In this document: positions 1 to 13,176 of the stretch, one piece after another
Numbering within the stretch: position 1 is the stretch's first letter
How the letters are laid out: each line of letters opens with the position of its first letter
DNA from: Antedon mediterranea
Taxonomy: Eukaryota; Animalia; Echinodermata
Direction of reading: 5' to 3'
Length of the DNA: 64,000 bases
Assembly (NCBI RefSeq): GCF_964355755.1
Contig: NC_092680.1
Span: 2,046,001-2,110,000 of the forward strand
Translations under genes and position numbers: made by a program
Notes under the pieces: generated by a model
The model's database searches: none
What the model was told of the DNA's origin: nothing
What the model saw: the letters and a program-made list of their open reading frames with translations, nothing else

Positions 1-295
1 ATATTTTTTTTAATGATTTAATTAGTATTTTAAAATCCATGGTAAAATTTATATTTGTGTTTTTGTTTGATATCTATAAACATACACAAATTATATACAA
101 TAAAGATAATAAGCTAATACTATTTTTTCCATTTAAATCTTACTGCTTATAAAGATTAATATTAAAACTTAATTGTTTTCATAATATAGTCCTGATATTC
201 CCGACAAACTCCCAGGCCAATCAGCTGTAAATGAATACCTGGTTAAAAATACTAGGGAGAAGAAGGCTTCGTGGAAAGGAACTGGCCACCCTAAA

Positions 296-433
296 GCGTA
301 GTTCCCACTAGAGACGCAACACAAGGACGTAACGCAATGTAAGTTAGTTGACCAATCACAAGGGATTAATTATTCGAACTGTCGCTTGTCATTGGTCAAC
401 ACTCTTGCGTTACATCCTAGTGGGTACCAAGCT
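296..433. mobile_element. MITE family B (PIF/Harbinger-like)
   Basis: Ends AGCGTAGTTCCCACTAG ... CTAGTGGGTACCAAGCT, flanked by TAA. Internal GACCAAT..ATTGGTC inverted repeat. Related copies at 40632-40790 and 47524-47638. Confidence 0.75.
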
Positions 434-513
434 TAACACATAAACCCTAACAGCTCATTCCCCTACATTCAGAATGAACACAAGACTCACCTTTACCCTT
501 TTTTTAAATATAG

Positions 514-3500
514 TGTTAACTCACTGTCAAGAAAGAAACAGACAAGCAGAGATAGATATAAAAGCACGGGGAGGAAGACCACTTCTTGGATCGTTTGTTC
601 CCAGATGTGATGAATATGGTGAATATGTTAAAGCACAGTGCCAAAGTAATGGTTTCTGTTTCTGTGTTAATGATGTCGGTGAAATAATGGTAGAAACAGT
701 ACAAAGCCAGAGAGGTGTAATGCCAGTTTGTGATGGACCTGTTAATGGTGAGTTTGCTTCAGATCAGTGGCATTTCAAAGTGAAAACAGCCAAGTAAAAA
801 CGGCCAAATTAAAACGGCTAAATGAAAACGGCCAAGTGAAAACGGCCAAGTGAAAACAACCAAATGGAAACAATCAAGTGAAAACGGCCAAGTCAAAACG
901 GCCAAGTCAAAACGGCCAAGTCAAAACGGCCAAGTGGATAGCTTAGCATAATACATTTACAATCTTCTGTTTTTGTAGAAATAGGTTGTCCACCAAACTT
1001 CTTTTAAATAAAGTAAATTTCTGATGCAAACCGGATCCTAATAATGTATTTGTAAACACATTTTTTTCATTGATAGAACCAACTCACTGTCAACAAAAAC
1101 GCAAAGAATATCTGGATACTGGTTTAATTGGAGGTTTAGAACCACAGTGTGAAGATGATGGTTCCTATGTTGTCAGTCGATGTCATGGTGGAACAGGATT
1201 CTGTTTCTGTGTAGATGAAATCGGTGAAATTATTGAAGGAACTACAATGGATGTCAGAGGTGTTAAGGCTGACTGTTCACAGTATATAAATGTTGAGGAA
1301 ATAGGTAAATATTGTTAAAGCATTTTACTTTGAGTAATTGACAATTTGCTATAGTTACTGTACACAAAAACATGCGAGGACAAATTAAAATCCGTTTTTA
1401 TTTTCACTGAATTGTTATCAATAGAACTAACTCACTGTCAACAAAAACGCAAAGAATATCTTGATGCTGGTTTAATTGGAGGTTTAGAACCACAGTGTGG
1501 AGATGATGGTTCCTATGTTGTCAGTAGATGTCATGGTGGAACAGGATTCTGTTTCTGTGTTGATGAAATCGGTGAAATTATTGAAGGAACTACAATGGAT
1601 GTCAGAGGAGTTAAGGCTGACTGTTCACAGTATATAAATGTTGAGGAAATAGGTAAATATTGTTAAAGCGTTTTACTTTGAGTAATTGACAATTTGCTAT
1701 AGTTACTGTACACAAAAAACATCCGAGGACAAATTATAATCCGTTTTTATTTTCACTGAATTGTTATCAATAGAACTTATAACTCACTGTCAACAAAAAC
1801 GCAAAGAATATCTTGATGCTGGTTTAATTGGAGGTTTAGAGCCGCAGTGTGAAGATGATGGTTCCTATGTTGTCAGTAGATGTCATGGTGGAACAGGATT
1901 CTGTTTCTGTGTTGATGAAATCGGTGAAATTATTGAAGGAACTACAATGGATGTCAGAGGTGTTAAGGCTGACTGTTCACAGTATATAAATGTTGAGGAA
2001 ATAGGTAAATATTGTTAAAGCATTTTACTTTGAGTAATTGACAATTTGCTATAGTTACTGTACACAGAAAAACATGCGAGGACAAATTATAATCCGTTTT
2101 TATTTTCACTGAATTGTTATCAATAGAACTAACTCACTGTCAACAAAAACGAAAGGAATACCTTGATGCTGGTTTAATTGGAGGGTTAGAGCCGCAGTGT
2201 GAAGATGATGGTTCCTATGTTGTCAGTCGATGTCATGGTGGAACAGGATTCTGTTTCTGTGTTGATGAAATCGGTGAAATTATTGAAGGAACTACAATGG
2301 ATGTCAGAGGTGTTAAGGCTGACTGTTCACAGTATATACAAATTAACGAAACAGGTTAATATTCTATTTTGATTGGTAAAATATCAGTAACAGTGTACTT
2401 ATCATATCAATGGAGCCTATTAAGTCATAGAAACTATTTAGATTTATCACTGTATGTTTCGGAATTTTAAATATTTTTTTACAGTACAAGAGTGCCCTCC
2501 GTTGTGTTTAATGTACTGTGAGTTTGGAAATGTTTTAGATGAAAATAACTGCCCTACGTGTGAATGTAAACCAGACCCAAGTATCATTGGTGAGTTTTTA
2601 AATTTTTTAAACAAAAATTAGCTTTAAGTTAAATATTAATTGTTTTTCATATTTATTTTTGTGTGAATTTTCAAACATTTTTACTGTTTTTTTATTTTAC
2701 AGTACAAGAGTGCCCACCGTTGTGTTTAATGTACTGTGAGTTTGGAAATGTTTTAGATGAAAATAACTGTCCTACTTGTGAGTGTAAACCGGACCCAAAT
2801 ATCATTGGTGAGTTTTTACATTTGTTTTACAAAAATTAACTTAATATTAATTCTTTATTCTTTATTATATTTTGTGTGTACAGTATGTATGTACAAAAGT
2901 GTCCACCACTTTGCAAGAGGTACTGTCCTTTTGGAAACGTTTTAGATAAAAACAATTGTCCAATTTGTAAATGTAAACCTGATCCAAACATCGTTGGTGA
3001 GTTTTTGAGCATATTATTTACAATCTGATTATATATATTATAGTTAATAATGTTTCTCTATTTGAATGTAAAAACCTATTTATCTACCTTTTTTTTTTAA
3101 CTGTGAATTTAGAGTTCCAAAAAGGTGTCATCAGATTTTCTAATATTTCACAATAACTTAGTAATTATTTTCTTTTTATTTATAGAAATTGTCTGTGGTA
3201 GTGGTTACAAATATCATCAGGAAGATAACTTGTGTGAAGGTATGTATTCTAAAGCTTTGTCTACACTTTCAAACTAGTTTGACAAACAAATGTGATTTGC
3301 CCAAATATGGTAGAGATATACCCAAATATGGTAGTGATATAACCAAAGATGGTAGTGATATGACATCATCATGTTCATATGGACACATCACATTTTTTGT
3401 CACATTAAGGTTGATAGTGTAGACAGAGCTTAACATTTAATCAATCTTCAAATTCATATACTTTACCAGGGAAAAGCAAGATTACTGAGTAATTAATCTC

Positions 3501-6500
3501 ACACTTCTGATAGATTTCATTATCTTTAATGTGTGTATTTTTTTTTGTCACATACAGTTTGATATTGTAGACAAGACTTTAACATGTGTACTTTAATTTG
3601 TCTATAGATATAAATGAATGTGAATCTGATGCTGCTTGTAACGTGTCAACTTCTCGTTGTGTCAATGAACCTGGTACCTTTGAATGTGAATGTCTTGATG
3701 GCTACACAAAAGATGACAACAACCAATGTGTTGGTAAGTACATTGTATACAGTACTGGATTTTGCAATATAGCGTAGTTTACTGTATGTATGGATTGCCT
3801 ATTATCTCTGTTTGACTTGTGTTCGATTCGGCATGCAGACGCCACATGTTATAGACGTGGTTAATTCACCTAATGTTATACAAGTTTGTACTTTGCAGTA
3901 AAAACAGGAAAAATAAAAAATATATGACTACATTGTTGTTGTTGCCATTGCTATATTTCCCTGGAGTATAGTGCAGGGATATGACTACATTGTTGTTTCC
4001 ATTGCTATATTTCCCTGGAGTATAGTACAGGGATATGACTACATTGTTGCTGTTTCCATTGCTATTATTTCCCTGGAGTATAGTACAGGGATTTTTTCAA
4101 AAACTGGAAAAATGTCGACCTTTCTATTTTGTATGTAATTGGTTACTATGTCATAAATGACATGGGCAGAACACGATATATTCGTCTGAGCATGTCAAGT
4201 TATTGTTGTTTGTTACAAACATGTTGTGTAGTTATTTTATCAACTATAAACATTAGTTGTAAGTATAGTTTATTGACATCAATGAAATTGTTTCAAATAA
4301 CAAACAATTCAAAACAATTTTAGTTTGTTGACTGTTCAAATAGTGTTTCATTGTTTTTTTAATATCGGCTGTTTGCTTATGTTTGAAGCTAATCATATTG
4401 TTTATCTTTAAAGTCTTGTCTAAACTATCAAACTTTATGTGATGTGCCCATATATCGACATGATGATGTCATATCACTACCATATTTGGACTATAACATT
4501 TTAGCACATCACACTTTTTTGTCAAACTAGTTTTATAGTGTAGACAGAGCTTTACATTACATTTAAACTGATTACTTGACATGATTGTGTAGATGTGAAT
4601 GAATGCTGGCAAGCTGAACCTTGTGGAATAGTTCCTTTCTATGATTGTGTTAACACTCCAGGTTCATACCAATGTGTTTGTACTCAAGGATTTACTACAG
4701 ACGTCAATGGCAACTGTGAAGGTAAACTTCCAATAATTATTTTACAATAAAATTATTTTTAAGAATTACATGCAAGCAAGAATAAAAGAACTGATTGACA
4801 ATGGTTTAAACACACTTAAAGCAACATAGAACTTGTATAGTGCAACGTACTACTCAGGTATAATAATAATTTAATTGTTTTCTTTCAGATATTGATGAAT
4901 GTTTGAGACCACAGTGTGGCATCAATTTTGCTCTTAAATGTGTAAACACAATTGGATCGTTCAACTGTGAATGTGATACTGATAGTGGATTCAGAACTGG
5001 CGCAGATGGTGAATGTGAAGGTATGAAAATGTCCAGTGACCTAACGCACAGGGCAAAGGCCCCATGGTTTAGCACTCCCAAGGGGTAGTTGCATTGGACT
5101 GCTCATGCTCTGGGGCCCCTTGAGCTCTGGGGCCGCTACTCTGGGGCCCCTAGGTTTGGCCGGGTGAACGCTCATAATCAAAAAATTAATTTATCAACAA
5201 TGGAGATAAAAATGTAACCTATGGTAATTAAATTTGTGACTTTCAGATGTAGATGAATGTTCTGATCCAAGTTCTTGTAATGAAAACAGTGTATGTGTAA
5301 ATGTATATGGTGGATATACATGCGACTGTCTTGAAGGATTTGTGGAGAACTTTGAGGATAATTGTGTTGGTAAGATACAATAACATACTGTACTATAGAA
5401 GCATGGTAGACATACAGTATTATAAACAAATAGATCTATTAGACATAATGCATATTATAGACATACTACCGACATAGACATACTACTAATAACATATTAT
5501 AGACATACTACAGACATAGACATACTACTAATAACATATTATAGACATACTACAGACATAGACATACTACAGACATAGACATACTACTAATAACATATTA
5601 TAGACATACTACAGACTTAGACATACTACTAATAACATATTATAGACATACTACAGACATAGACATACTACTAATAACATATTATAGACATACTACAAAC
5701 ATAGACATACTACTAATAACATATTATAGACATACTACAGACATAGACATACTACTAATAACATATTATAGACATACTACAGACATAGACATACTACTAA
5801 TAACATATTATAGACATACTACCGACATAGACATACTACTAATAACATATTATAGACATACTACAGACATAGACATACTACTAATAACATATAGACATAC
5901 TACAGACATAGACATACTACTAATAACATATTATAGACATACTACAGACATAGACATACTACTAATAACATTCCCTAAACATAGACATACTAATGCACTA
6001 CAGACATTTTATTTGCATTGCAAGTGAGGGCGTGTGGCGCAGTGTGTTGGACGTTGGACTACTGATCGTGAGACCGAGGTTCGAATCCAACTCTCGCCGC
6101 ATTGCTTTTATCTGTAGGCAAGATACTTTACTTACGTTTGCCTCTCGCCACCCAGGTGTATAAATGGGTACCCGGTTAGATCAAGACACAACTTTGCGCC
6201 GATTACTAGCTGCATTATGGAAGTATGTTTCCATACGTGTTTGATGCAAAAAAAATGACTGGAGTAATAATGTTCAGCGCTTAGATGTTTCATTACATTA
6301 GGCGCTATAAATCCAAGATATTATTATTATTTCTTATGTTTGCTTTAAAGAAACATGACCATAACAAAGAACATTCACACTGGCAAGTAAACCATAAACC
6401 CTGTAAAAGCTCTGTCCACACTCAAAACAGTGTATGACAAAACAATGTGCTGTGCCCATATATGATGTCATATCACTACCATATTTAAGCATATCACTAC

Positions 6501-8596
6501 CATATTTGGGCACATCAAACTTACTTTGTCAGACTAGTTTGATAGTGTAATGTCATGTAGTATCAAGATGCAATATTGAAAAAAAGAGGAGGATATAATA
6601 ATATAATGGTAGATTTCTTGTTCAAATATATTTTGATTTTTAAGAAAACTCTAAAATCTGTTTTTTCAGAAAATGTAGTAAAAGAGGGTGATTGTCCAAG
6701 TACAGCTGGACTTCTTGGTATCTGTACTAACATGTGTAAGCTTGATAGTGACTGTACAGGAGAGACTAAGTGTTGTAGCAACGGCTGTGGACAAGTGTGT
6801 TTGCCACCTGTTGTTGCCGTTCCTGTTGTCGCAGGTTAGTATATAAGGAAATAATTATAGAATAAAACAATAATAAACTTGTATCAAGACAGCTATCTAA
6901 CTGTGCTAGACTGAACTGGTTAGCTTGACTTCAAGCGGGTTACCTAGACTTAACTGGTTAGCTTGACTTTAAGCGGGTTACCTAGACTGAACTGGTTAGC
7001 TTGACTTCAAGCGGGTTACCTAGACTGAACTGGTTAGCTTGACTTCAAGCGGGTTACCTAGACTTAACTGGTTAGCTTGACGTTAAGCGGGTTACCTAGA
7101 CTGAACTGGTTAGCTTGACTTCAAGCGGGTTACCTAGACTTAACTGGTTAGCTTGACTTTAAGCGGGTTACCTAGACTGAACTGGTTAGCTTGACTTTAA
7201 GCGGGTTACCTAGACTGAACTGGTTAGCTTGACTTCAAGCGGGTTACCAGACTGAACTAGTTTGCAAGACTGAACTGGTTAGCTAGACTGAAGTGAACTG
7301 GTTAGCTAGGCTGAACTGGTTAGTTAGACTGAACTGGTTGGCTAGACTGAACTAACTAGGAAAAAAAGTATTAACTGGTTAAACATTACCTATTATTTTC
7401 ACAGTTTAAAGCATCATTTACATTTCACACCAATAAACACCCAATATATGCTAACTTTAGGTATCCACAAACATTTCACCATTGTATATGAATTGAATAT
7501 GATTCTAAATATTATTTTACTATTGTTGAATATCTTTAATTAAAGCTGAAGACTGTCCAGTGTGCGCTACAGACATTTTGCCTGATGACTTTGATGAGAG
7601 AGTATGCAATTCAGATTTCAGTGAGTTTTCATTTGTATTAGTATTTTTTTCTTGTTCATTGAGAGATATTACCAATAGCTGTCACATGATAAATATTATG
7701 CAAGATTCTCCACATGCACACTGTTTCTTAACAAGTGTTTGAGAGTGAGTGTCATAGCTATAATCCATAGCCATACTATTGTCAATGGTTTGAAGATTAC
7801 TCAGATGGTAGAACAAGTTTTCTTGGATAAGGACTAGAAACAGTATAGTAGGTCTAGTGTACACAAGATGCTTGTAAACCTACTACATCTTTCGAGTCAA
7901 GTAAGTGGTTACTCCGAACTACTGTCGTGGACGATAACGTCTGAAACATCACCACTGATATTATTATACTATACTATATTATTCACATCTCATTAAATAA
8001 ATAAATAAATAAATAAATATATGTAAAACTATTATATTTGATGTTTACAGTATGGAGTGCAAAGCTGAAAAAAGACGGTTCAACGTTCCGAGTGTTGCGT
8101 AACCAGAGCATGGAAAATCCAGCTAAAGTTCCCGAAGGAATGAGTGAGATCTTGAAGTTCACTGCACAATCTTCAAGCTGTCTTCAACAATGTGATCTTA
8201 TAGTTTCTTGTAAGTTTATATTAGGTTCATATATGGTAGTGATATTCCCAAATATGGTAGAGATATTTCCAAATATGGTAGTGATATGACATCATCTTTT
8301 ATATGGGCACGTCACATTTTGTTGTCACCTAAAGTTTGATAGTGTAGACAGAGCTTAAGTTCACAGTAGTGACATGGTAACTTCGTGCTTGACTGAACTT
8401 ATTATCTTAATATTAATTACTTATTTTTCTTATTTTCATTTCAGTTGAAACATATGACAAGCTGCTAATAGTTACAGACTCAAGTTTAATAGCCAATGAT
8501 AGAATCGAATTGGACGGGCAAACGATGATAACCGACTTCAACGGAGACAACCGAAAACAGTTAATGAACGCTCTTAAATCATGTGACAAAATGTAA
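514..8596 (+). CDS. Multi-exon mosaic extracellular protease-inhibitor-like protein, 5' end outside the window: thyroglobulin type-1 x5, antistasin x3, partial EGF, Ca-binding EGF x4, WAP, C-terminal NTR/C345C-like domain
   Basis: Phase-1 GT-AG exons. TY1 (QC..GFCFCV) at 514-747, 1077-1304, 1425-1652, 1774-2004, 2127-2354. Antistasin ([25 protein letters not shown]) at 2485-2589, 2703-2807, ~2884-2995. Partial EGF at 3186-3239. cbEGF (D[IV][ND]EC) at 3608-3733, 4593-4721, 4889-5020, 5247-5369. WAP ([25 protein letters not shown]) at 6670-6834. Final exons 7546-7620, 8051-8209, 8445-8596 end ...LKSCDKM-TAA. The NTR call is from the Cys pattern only. Confidence 0.88.
776..937. repeat. Tandem repeat, ~14-bp unit AAAACGGCCAAGTG
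   Basis: About 11 degenerate units read directly in an intron. Confidence 0.9.
3253..3430. mobile_element. MITE family A (PIF/Harbinger-like, ~110-180 bp), representative copy
   Basis: TIR AGCTCTGTCTACACTATCAAAC / GTTTGATAGTGTAGACAGAGCT with TAA on both flanks. About 20 copies in the window. Confidence 0.85.
3920..4091. repeat. Tandem repeat, ~55-bp unit x3
   Basis: Unit ATATGACTACATTGTTG...CCATTGCTATATTTCCCTGGAGTATAGT(A/G)CAGGG repeated three times. Confidence 0.9.
5435..6005. repeat. Minisatellite, ~42-bp unit
   Basis: AGACATACTACAGACATAGACATACTACTAATAACATATTAT repeated about 12 times. Confidence 0.95.
6026..6330 (+). mobile_element. tRNA-derived SINE, apparently full length
   Basis: A-box TGGCGCAGTGTGTTGG and B-box GGTTCGAATCC. 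Central GGCAAGATACTTTAC..CACCCAGGTGTATAAATGGGTACC. LINE-like tail AGCGCTTAG..AGGCGCTATAAAT followed by (TAT)n. Confidence 0.85.
6908..7358. repeat. Minisatellite, 38-bp unit
   Basis: AGACTGAACTGGTTAGCTTGACTTCAAGCGGGTTACCT about 9 times, decaying into shorter units. Confidence 0.95.
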
Positions 8597-9187
8597 CCAT
8601 TGAGATAGAGAGTCGTATTAGAATGTATTTTAACAATTAGATGAACTTTAGACATTATGATTTGATACAATAGATATTTTTATACCATTAAGGCTAAACA
8701 TTTGCTTAATACCTTATCATGTTATTTCAGTAATTGGTTCATTTTGGTAGCATTGTTGTACTGTATACGCATTCCAAAAAAGCATTGTTTTAGTAATAGT
8801 TAGAAGATGTATTAATGTTTGTAATTTAGTAGTTAAGGCAATTGGTGCTTTTATACATAGTACTTTTCACACTAAAATTACATATCTTTTGATAATGAAA
8901 TAAATATAAAAGTGCATTTACATTACAAAACACCTATTTTTAGCTGAAACTATTTTATCATTTTAATCAATTTTAAAACTTTTATAGATGTTCAATTTTC
9001 TATGAAATTTATTTTCATTGTAGTTCTTAATTTTATTGTAATAATTGTTTTTTTTTATTTGAAACAATTGTCAATAAATCTTTTGAAATTATCTAGTTTT
9101 TACTGTTTTATTGTGAATTCTGAAATGTCGATTTTTTTTTGCAATATTATCGCATTATTATTGAATTTTGTGGATGTTTTAGCTTTT

Positions 9188-9552
9188 TTTTTCGAAAAAA
9201 TCTGTGTACTTTTGTACAGAGAAATTTTCGAAAAATTGCCAAATTTATTTTGCTGACTTTAACTAGTTACTCTATAAGATGATGATAACACAACATATGC
9301 GCATATATAGCAATATTATTGCATAATTATTGAATTTAAAAAAGTGAATATTTTGGCAATTTTTTCGAAAAAAATCCCTGTACAGGAAAATTTTCGAAAA
9401 ATGGCCAAATTTTGACCCTTTTATTTTGTTACTAACTAGTTACTATGGCTCTATAAGATTATGATAACACAATATAAGCGCATATATGGCAATATTATCG
9501 CATAATTATTGAATTTTAGAAAGTGGATATTTTGACAATTTTTTGAAAAACA
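9188..9552. repeat. Direct duplication of a ~180-bp unit
   Basis: Two copies of TTTTCGAAAAA..TGTACAG..TTTTCGAAAAA..GCCAAAT..ACTAGTTACT..CTATAAGAT..GCATAATTATTGAATTT. Confidence 0.8.
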
Positions 9553-10069
9553 GGAAATGTCTCCATATATGTGCACATCACATTGTTTTGTCACATAGTG
9601 TGGACAGAGCTTTACATATAAAACGCATCTAAATACAGGAAGACAACAATAAAATAATAAACGAAACAACCTTCTTTAAAAAAAAGTCTATTACAAAACA
9701 AATGTTTTTAATAATGTATTTTTACAAAAAAGAAATCAATGTTTCTACATGTTAAAACAATTAAAATTAGAAATTAAAGATTTAATACATTTTCTTGTTT
9801 TTTTTCTTGATTTCACATTTAAAGTAGAAAGGATATTATCAAGGGGCAGGTAGCCTAGCTTAGAGGTACATAATTACAGTGAAAAATACCATTTTTATAC
9901 AATAATGAAGACAAAACAATTTGTCCTCACAACACAACCCCCTTTAATCAAAATTTAAGAGGCAAAGTTGTCCAATTTCCATATATTGTTCAGTTGTCAG
10001 AACAGTGGACAATAATATCTCTGTTCAAGCTTGGTATTGGCTTCTTTCTCAAAATAAAAACTTCTTTTC

Positions 10070-11216
10070 TCATCTTCCTCCCAGCGTCCTTTTCTGTGTG
10101 CTGATGTATAAAACTGTAAAACAAAAGATTCTTACTTAATACATTACAATTATTTTTAGAGCAGTCCTTTGAAAGACTAGATTTTCACTAAATAAATACA
10201 GATTAACTTTTAGTTAAACCCTTAGATTTTCACTGATGCCTGGTAGTCAATATTTTATACAACACTACAAATACAACAACATAATTAACTCCTGGTTTAA
10301 TAATATTTAATTATTTTTGTTACTTAAAAAAATTAAAATACAGTAGAACATTTAAAAGTGTCCGATTAAATGTGTTTTTCACTCAATAATATAAATAACA
10401 ATTGATTACACAATGTAAAACTGCAAGTGAAGTTTCTCGTGTGTAAAGTTTTAACGTAGCGTAGTAGTAGTGGTAATAATTTGCTGTGCTGTAGTTTATC
10501 CATAATCCAACACAAAATAGAACAAAAATATGACCTTACCATTATTCCCCCGAATAAAAGCATCACCATATTTGTTTTTTAATTGGCCATTTACATATTC
10601 CTCTGTCTGCTCTAACGCAATATTCATGTAACCATCTAGTGTAGCCAAAACTCCTAAACAAAACAAAAACATGAATTTAGTAGCAGAATAACAAAAGGTG
10701 GTAAAACCTGAAAATAAATATTAAATAAATGATACAGTATTTTGAATTCTACTGTGCTGCCGCAGTCAATTTGATGTATAGGCTAATGTAATGAATTAAG
10801 TGCCTTTGTTTATGTTAGCAATCTTGATAAAATAAAAATCTGAGTAAATAGAAAATTTCACGTCAAACTGAGCATGCTAGGAATGATTTTATGACTTTAT
10901 CTAGTTTGTTTAGTCTTGAAAATGAAAAAAAATGACAAAATAAATAAATGTTTTTCCAAATTTAAATTGACACGCTGTTATTCAATTCTCATTCAATTAG
11001 GAAAAATAAATTGTGGCCCCACTCCCCATTTATTTTGGTCATGGAAAAGTAACATAGGACTATGCCTTTAATACACAAACAAAATAAATAATTTTTTTAA
11101 CAAATTAAAGATTTGACATACAAACCTCTGTAATCAACGCCTGAATTAAGTTTAACCACAACTGGTCTGCCAATAATCTGTTTTAGAAAATCACTTGGGG
11201 TCTGTTTTCGACTCAT
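10070..11216 (-). CDS. LSM6: U6 snRNA-associated Sm-like protein LSm6
   Basis: Exons 11216-11126, 10653-10540, 10113-10070 translate to MSRKQTPSDFLKQIIGRPVVVKLNSGVDYRGVLATLDGYMNIALEQTEEYVNGQLKNKYGDAFIRGNNVLYISTQKRTLGGR*. Not present in the ORF track. Confidence 0.97.
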
Positions 11217-11679
11217 TTTGCTTTTTTTCTGTAAAAAAAGAACATACCTAAACAAATAAAATCCAGGCATCATATCATAGGCTGGTGGTAGGGCCTGGTC
11301 CTAGGTAGGCCTACCCATCTTCTAGGCCTAGCAAGACTACTAGGCCTGTGCCCCTATATCCTAGTAAGTAATAGTGTAGTGTGGTACTGGTAGTAGGCTA
11401 GGTAGTAGAGTAAGCCTACTAGGCTATTCTATTACGTTAGACTGAAATTTAAATGGTATTAATAAAAAAGCTACTTATTTTATTTATATAGGTGTATGCC
11501 TAACTAGACTAGCTAATATTAAAGCATTATAAACGTAATATATTCAATTGTATAGCCCAGTGTATTACCAGGTTAATATAAGTTGGTCTAAATACAAAAA
11601 TGACTTAGGCCTAAGCCAGCCAAAAATTCAGGTCCACAAAAATTGCTTCCCACAAAAAAATAGGCTTTCGTCTACTCTC

Positions 11680-11870
11680 ATTGGATAAAATAAATCTCAC
11701 CTGTGGGCCTAGCGCGCACACAACGATGATTCCGCTCGAGCATCGACAAGACTAGACTAGAGATGGCAGTGTTAACCTCCTAAAGGTAATCAACCAATCG
11801 AAATTCTTCAAATGTCCTCACGTGAAGCAAGTTAGCCAATCAGCAGATCAGCGGGCCAATTCGAAAGACT
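11680..11870. promoter_or_regulatory. Bidirectional LSM6/CKS1 promoter with CCAAT boxes, E-box and CHR-like elements
   Basis: CCAAT at 11794, 11836, 11856; ATTGG at 11680; CACGTG at 11819; TTCAAA at 11807; TTCGAA at 11860. Probable minus-strand 5'UTR donor for LSM6 near 11700. Confidence 0.65.
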
Positions 11871-11962
11871 GAGAAAATTAAAATTCACAAAAGAAACCAC
11901 ACCAGCACCACACAAGTAGTTGGTTTGTATGATAAATTATCGCTGTAAATTGTGCATTAAAA

Positions 11963-13176
11963 ATGGGATCTAAAAATATATATTATTCAGATTATTATTA
12001 TGATGAAGAGTTTGAGTATAGGTATGTTTTTATTTTCAAAATAACATCATATATTGTCAATTTGTGTAAGTATTTTTTTTCAGGCCTCCAACTTCAGTCT
12101 CACTCTCAGTCAGCAGTCGGCTCAGGCTCAGCTAGCTGGTGGTGAACACTCTCTGCACTCAGTCTCACTAAGCATGCTTAGCCAACGCCTCACTCCTTAT
12201 CTTATTTTATTTAATATTTATTTTTATATGCATTGCAGGCATGTAATACTACCTAAAGACATAACTAAACTTGTTCCAAAGTCACATTTAATGACCGAGA
12301 AAGAATGGCGAGGTATTGGTGTTCAACAGTCTCAAGGCTGGGTACACTATATGATGCATGAACCAGGTAAATTATTACTTTTTAATTAATATTTTTTTAT
12401 CCAGAAATTATGTACACCAAAAAAATATATATTAATGTTCCAAGCAGACAGGGTTCGAAATTTGTTTCTGGTATTTTTTTTTTTTTTTAACATTTTTGTT
12501 TTACTCACCATCTTCTTTTTTATTGACCTGGCCATCGTCTTTTCTCATCATTTTCCTAGAGGAATGGTGTTTTTTTTAGGTTACGAGGGCCGGAGGCCTA
12601 AGAAAGAGGGCCTTGTTGGCCCGATCGGGTCATTAGGCATTTCTTTTTTATCAATTTCAGGAGGGTTTTTATTTACATTGTTTAATGGATTTGACTGTTT
12701 AAACGCCTCAATTCAACAAATCCGTTAAAAATATATATAAATCTCTTTGATGTTTGGGCTTACATGTTTATAGTTTTTTATATAATATTACGTCCTCTAG
12801 GCTATATTGGAAGAAGACAGGTACTGTATTCAATTGATAGGTTTTCAAAATAGAGCTGTAAACATATTTGGTGTATTTCCAATTTTTCTTATAAAAAAAA
12901 CTAAAAGTTAACATCACTTTAACACTAAGAAATAATATATTGTTGTACTACAGGTAGCTGCAAATGGGTGCTAAGAAGAATGGTAAGGTTAGGAAGATTG
13001 CCCACATGGGTGCTACTGTTGGTGAAATACCAGCACATATACCCATGAAAGATGTTTAATTAATTTGTAATTTTTAATGCAACTCTATTGTCTTTGCAGA
13101 GCCACATATTCTATTATTCAAGAGAGCAATAACAAAGCCGTTGCAGACATTACAGGACAATAAGCAAAAAAGGTGA
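11963..13176 (+). CDS. CKS1: Cyclin-dependent kinase regulatory subunit (Cks1/Cks2 family)
   Basis: Exons 11963-12021, 12239-12366, 13100-13176: [87 protein letters not shown]. Confidence 0.96.

Noticed and set aside
3189-3422. Short ORFs with [14 protein letters not shown]-like peptides (also 18909, 28023, 29126, part of 37075, 63755)
   Set aside because: They are translations of MITE family A, not a protein family.
6026-6100. Functional tRNA gene
   Set aside because: It has A and B boxes but continues into a SINE body and (TAT)n tail, and the cloverleaf is not clean.
5435-7358. Regular repeat arrays that might suggest CRISPR
   Set aside because: The units are contiguous with no unique spacers, there are no cas genes, and the context is eukaryotic introns. 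They are minisatellites.
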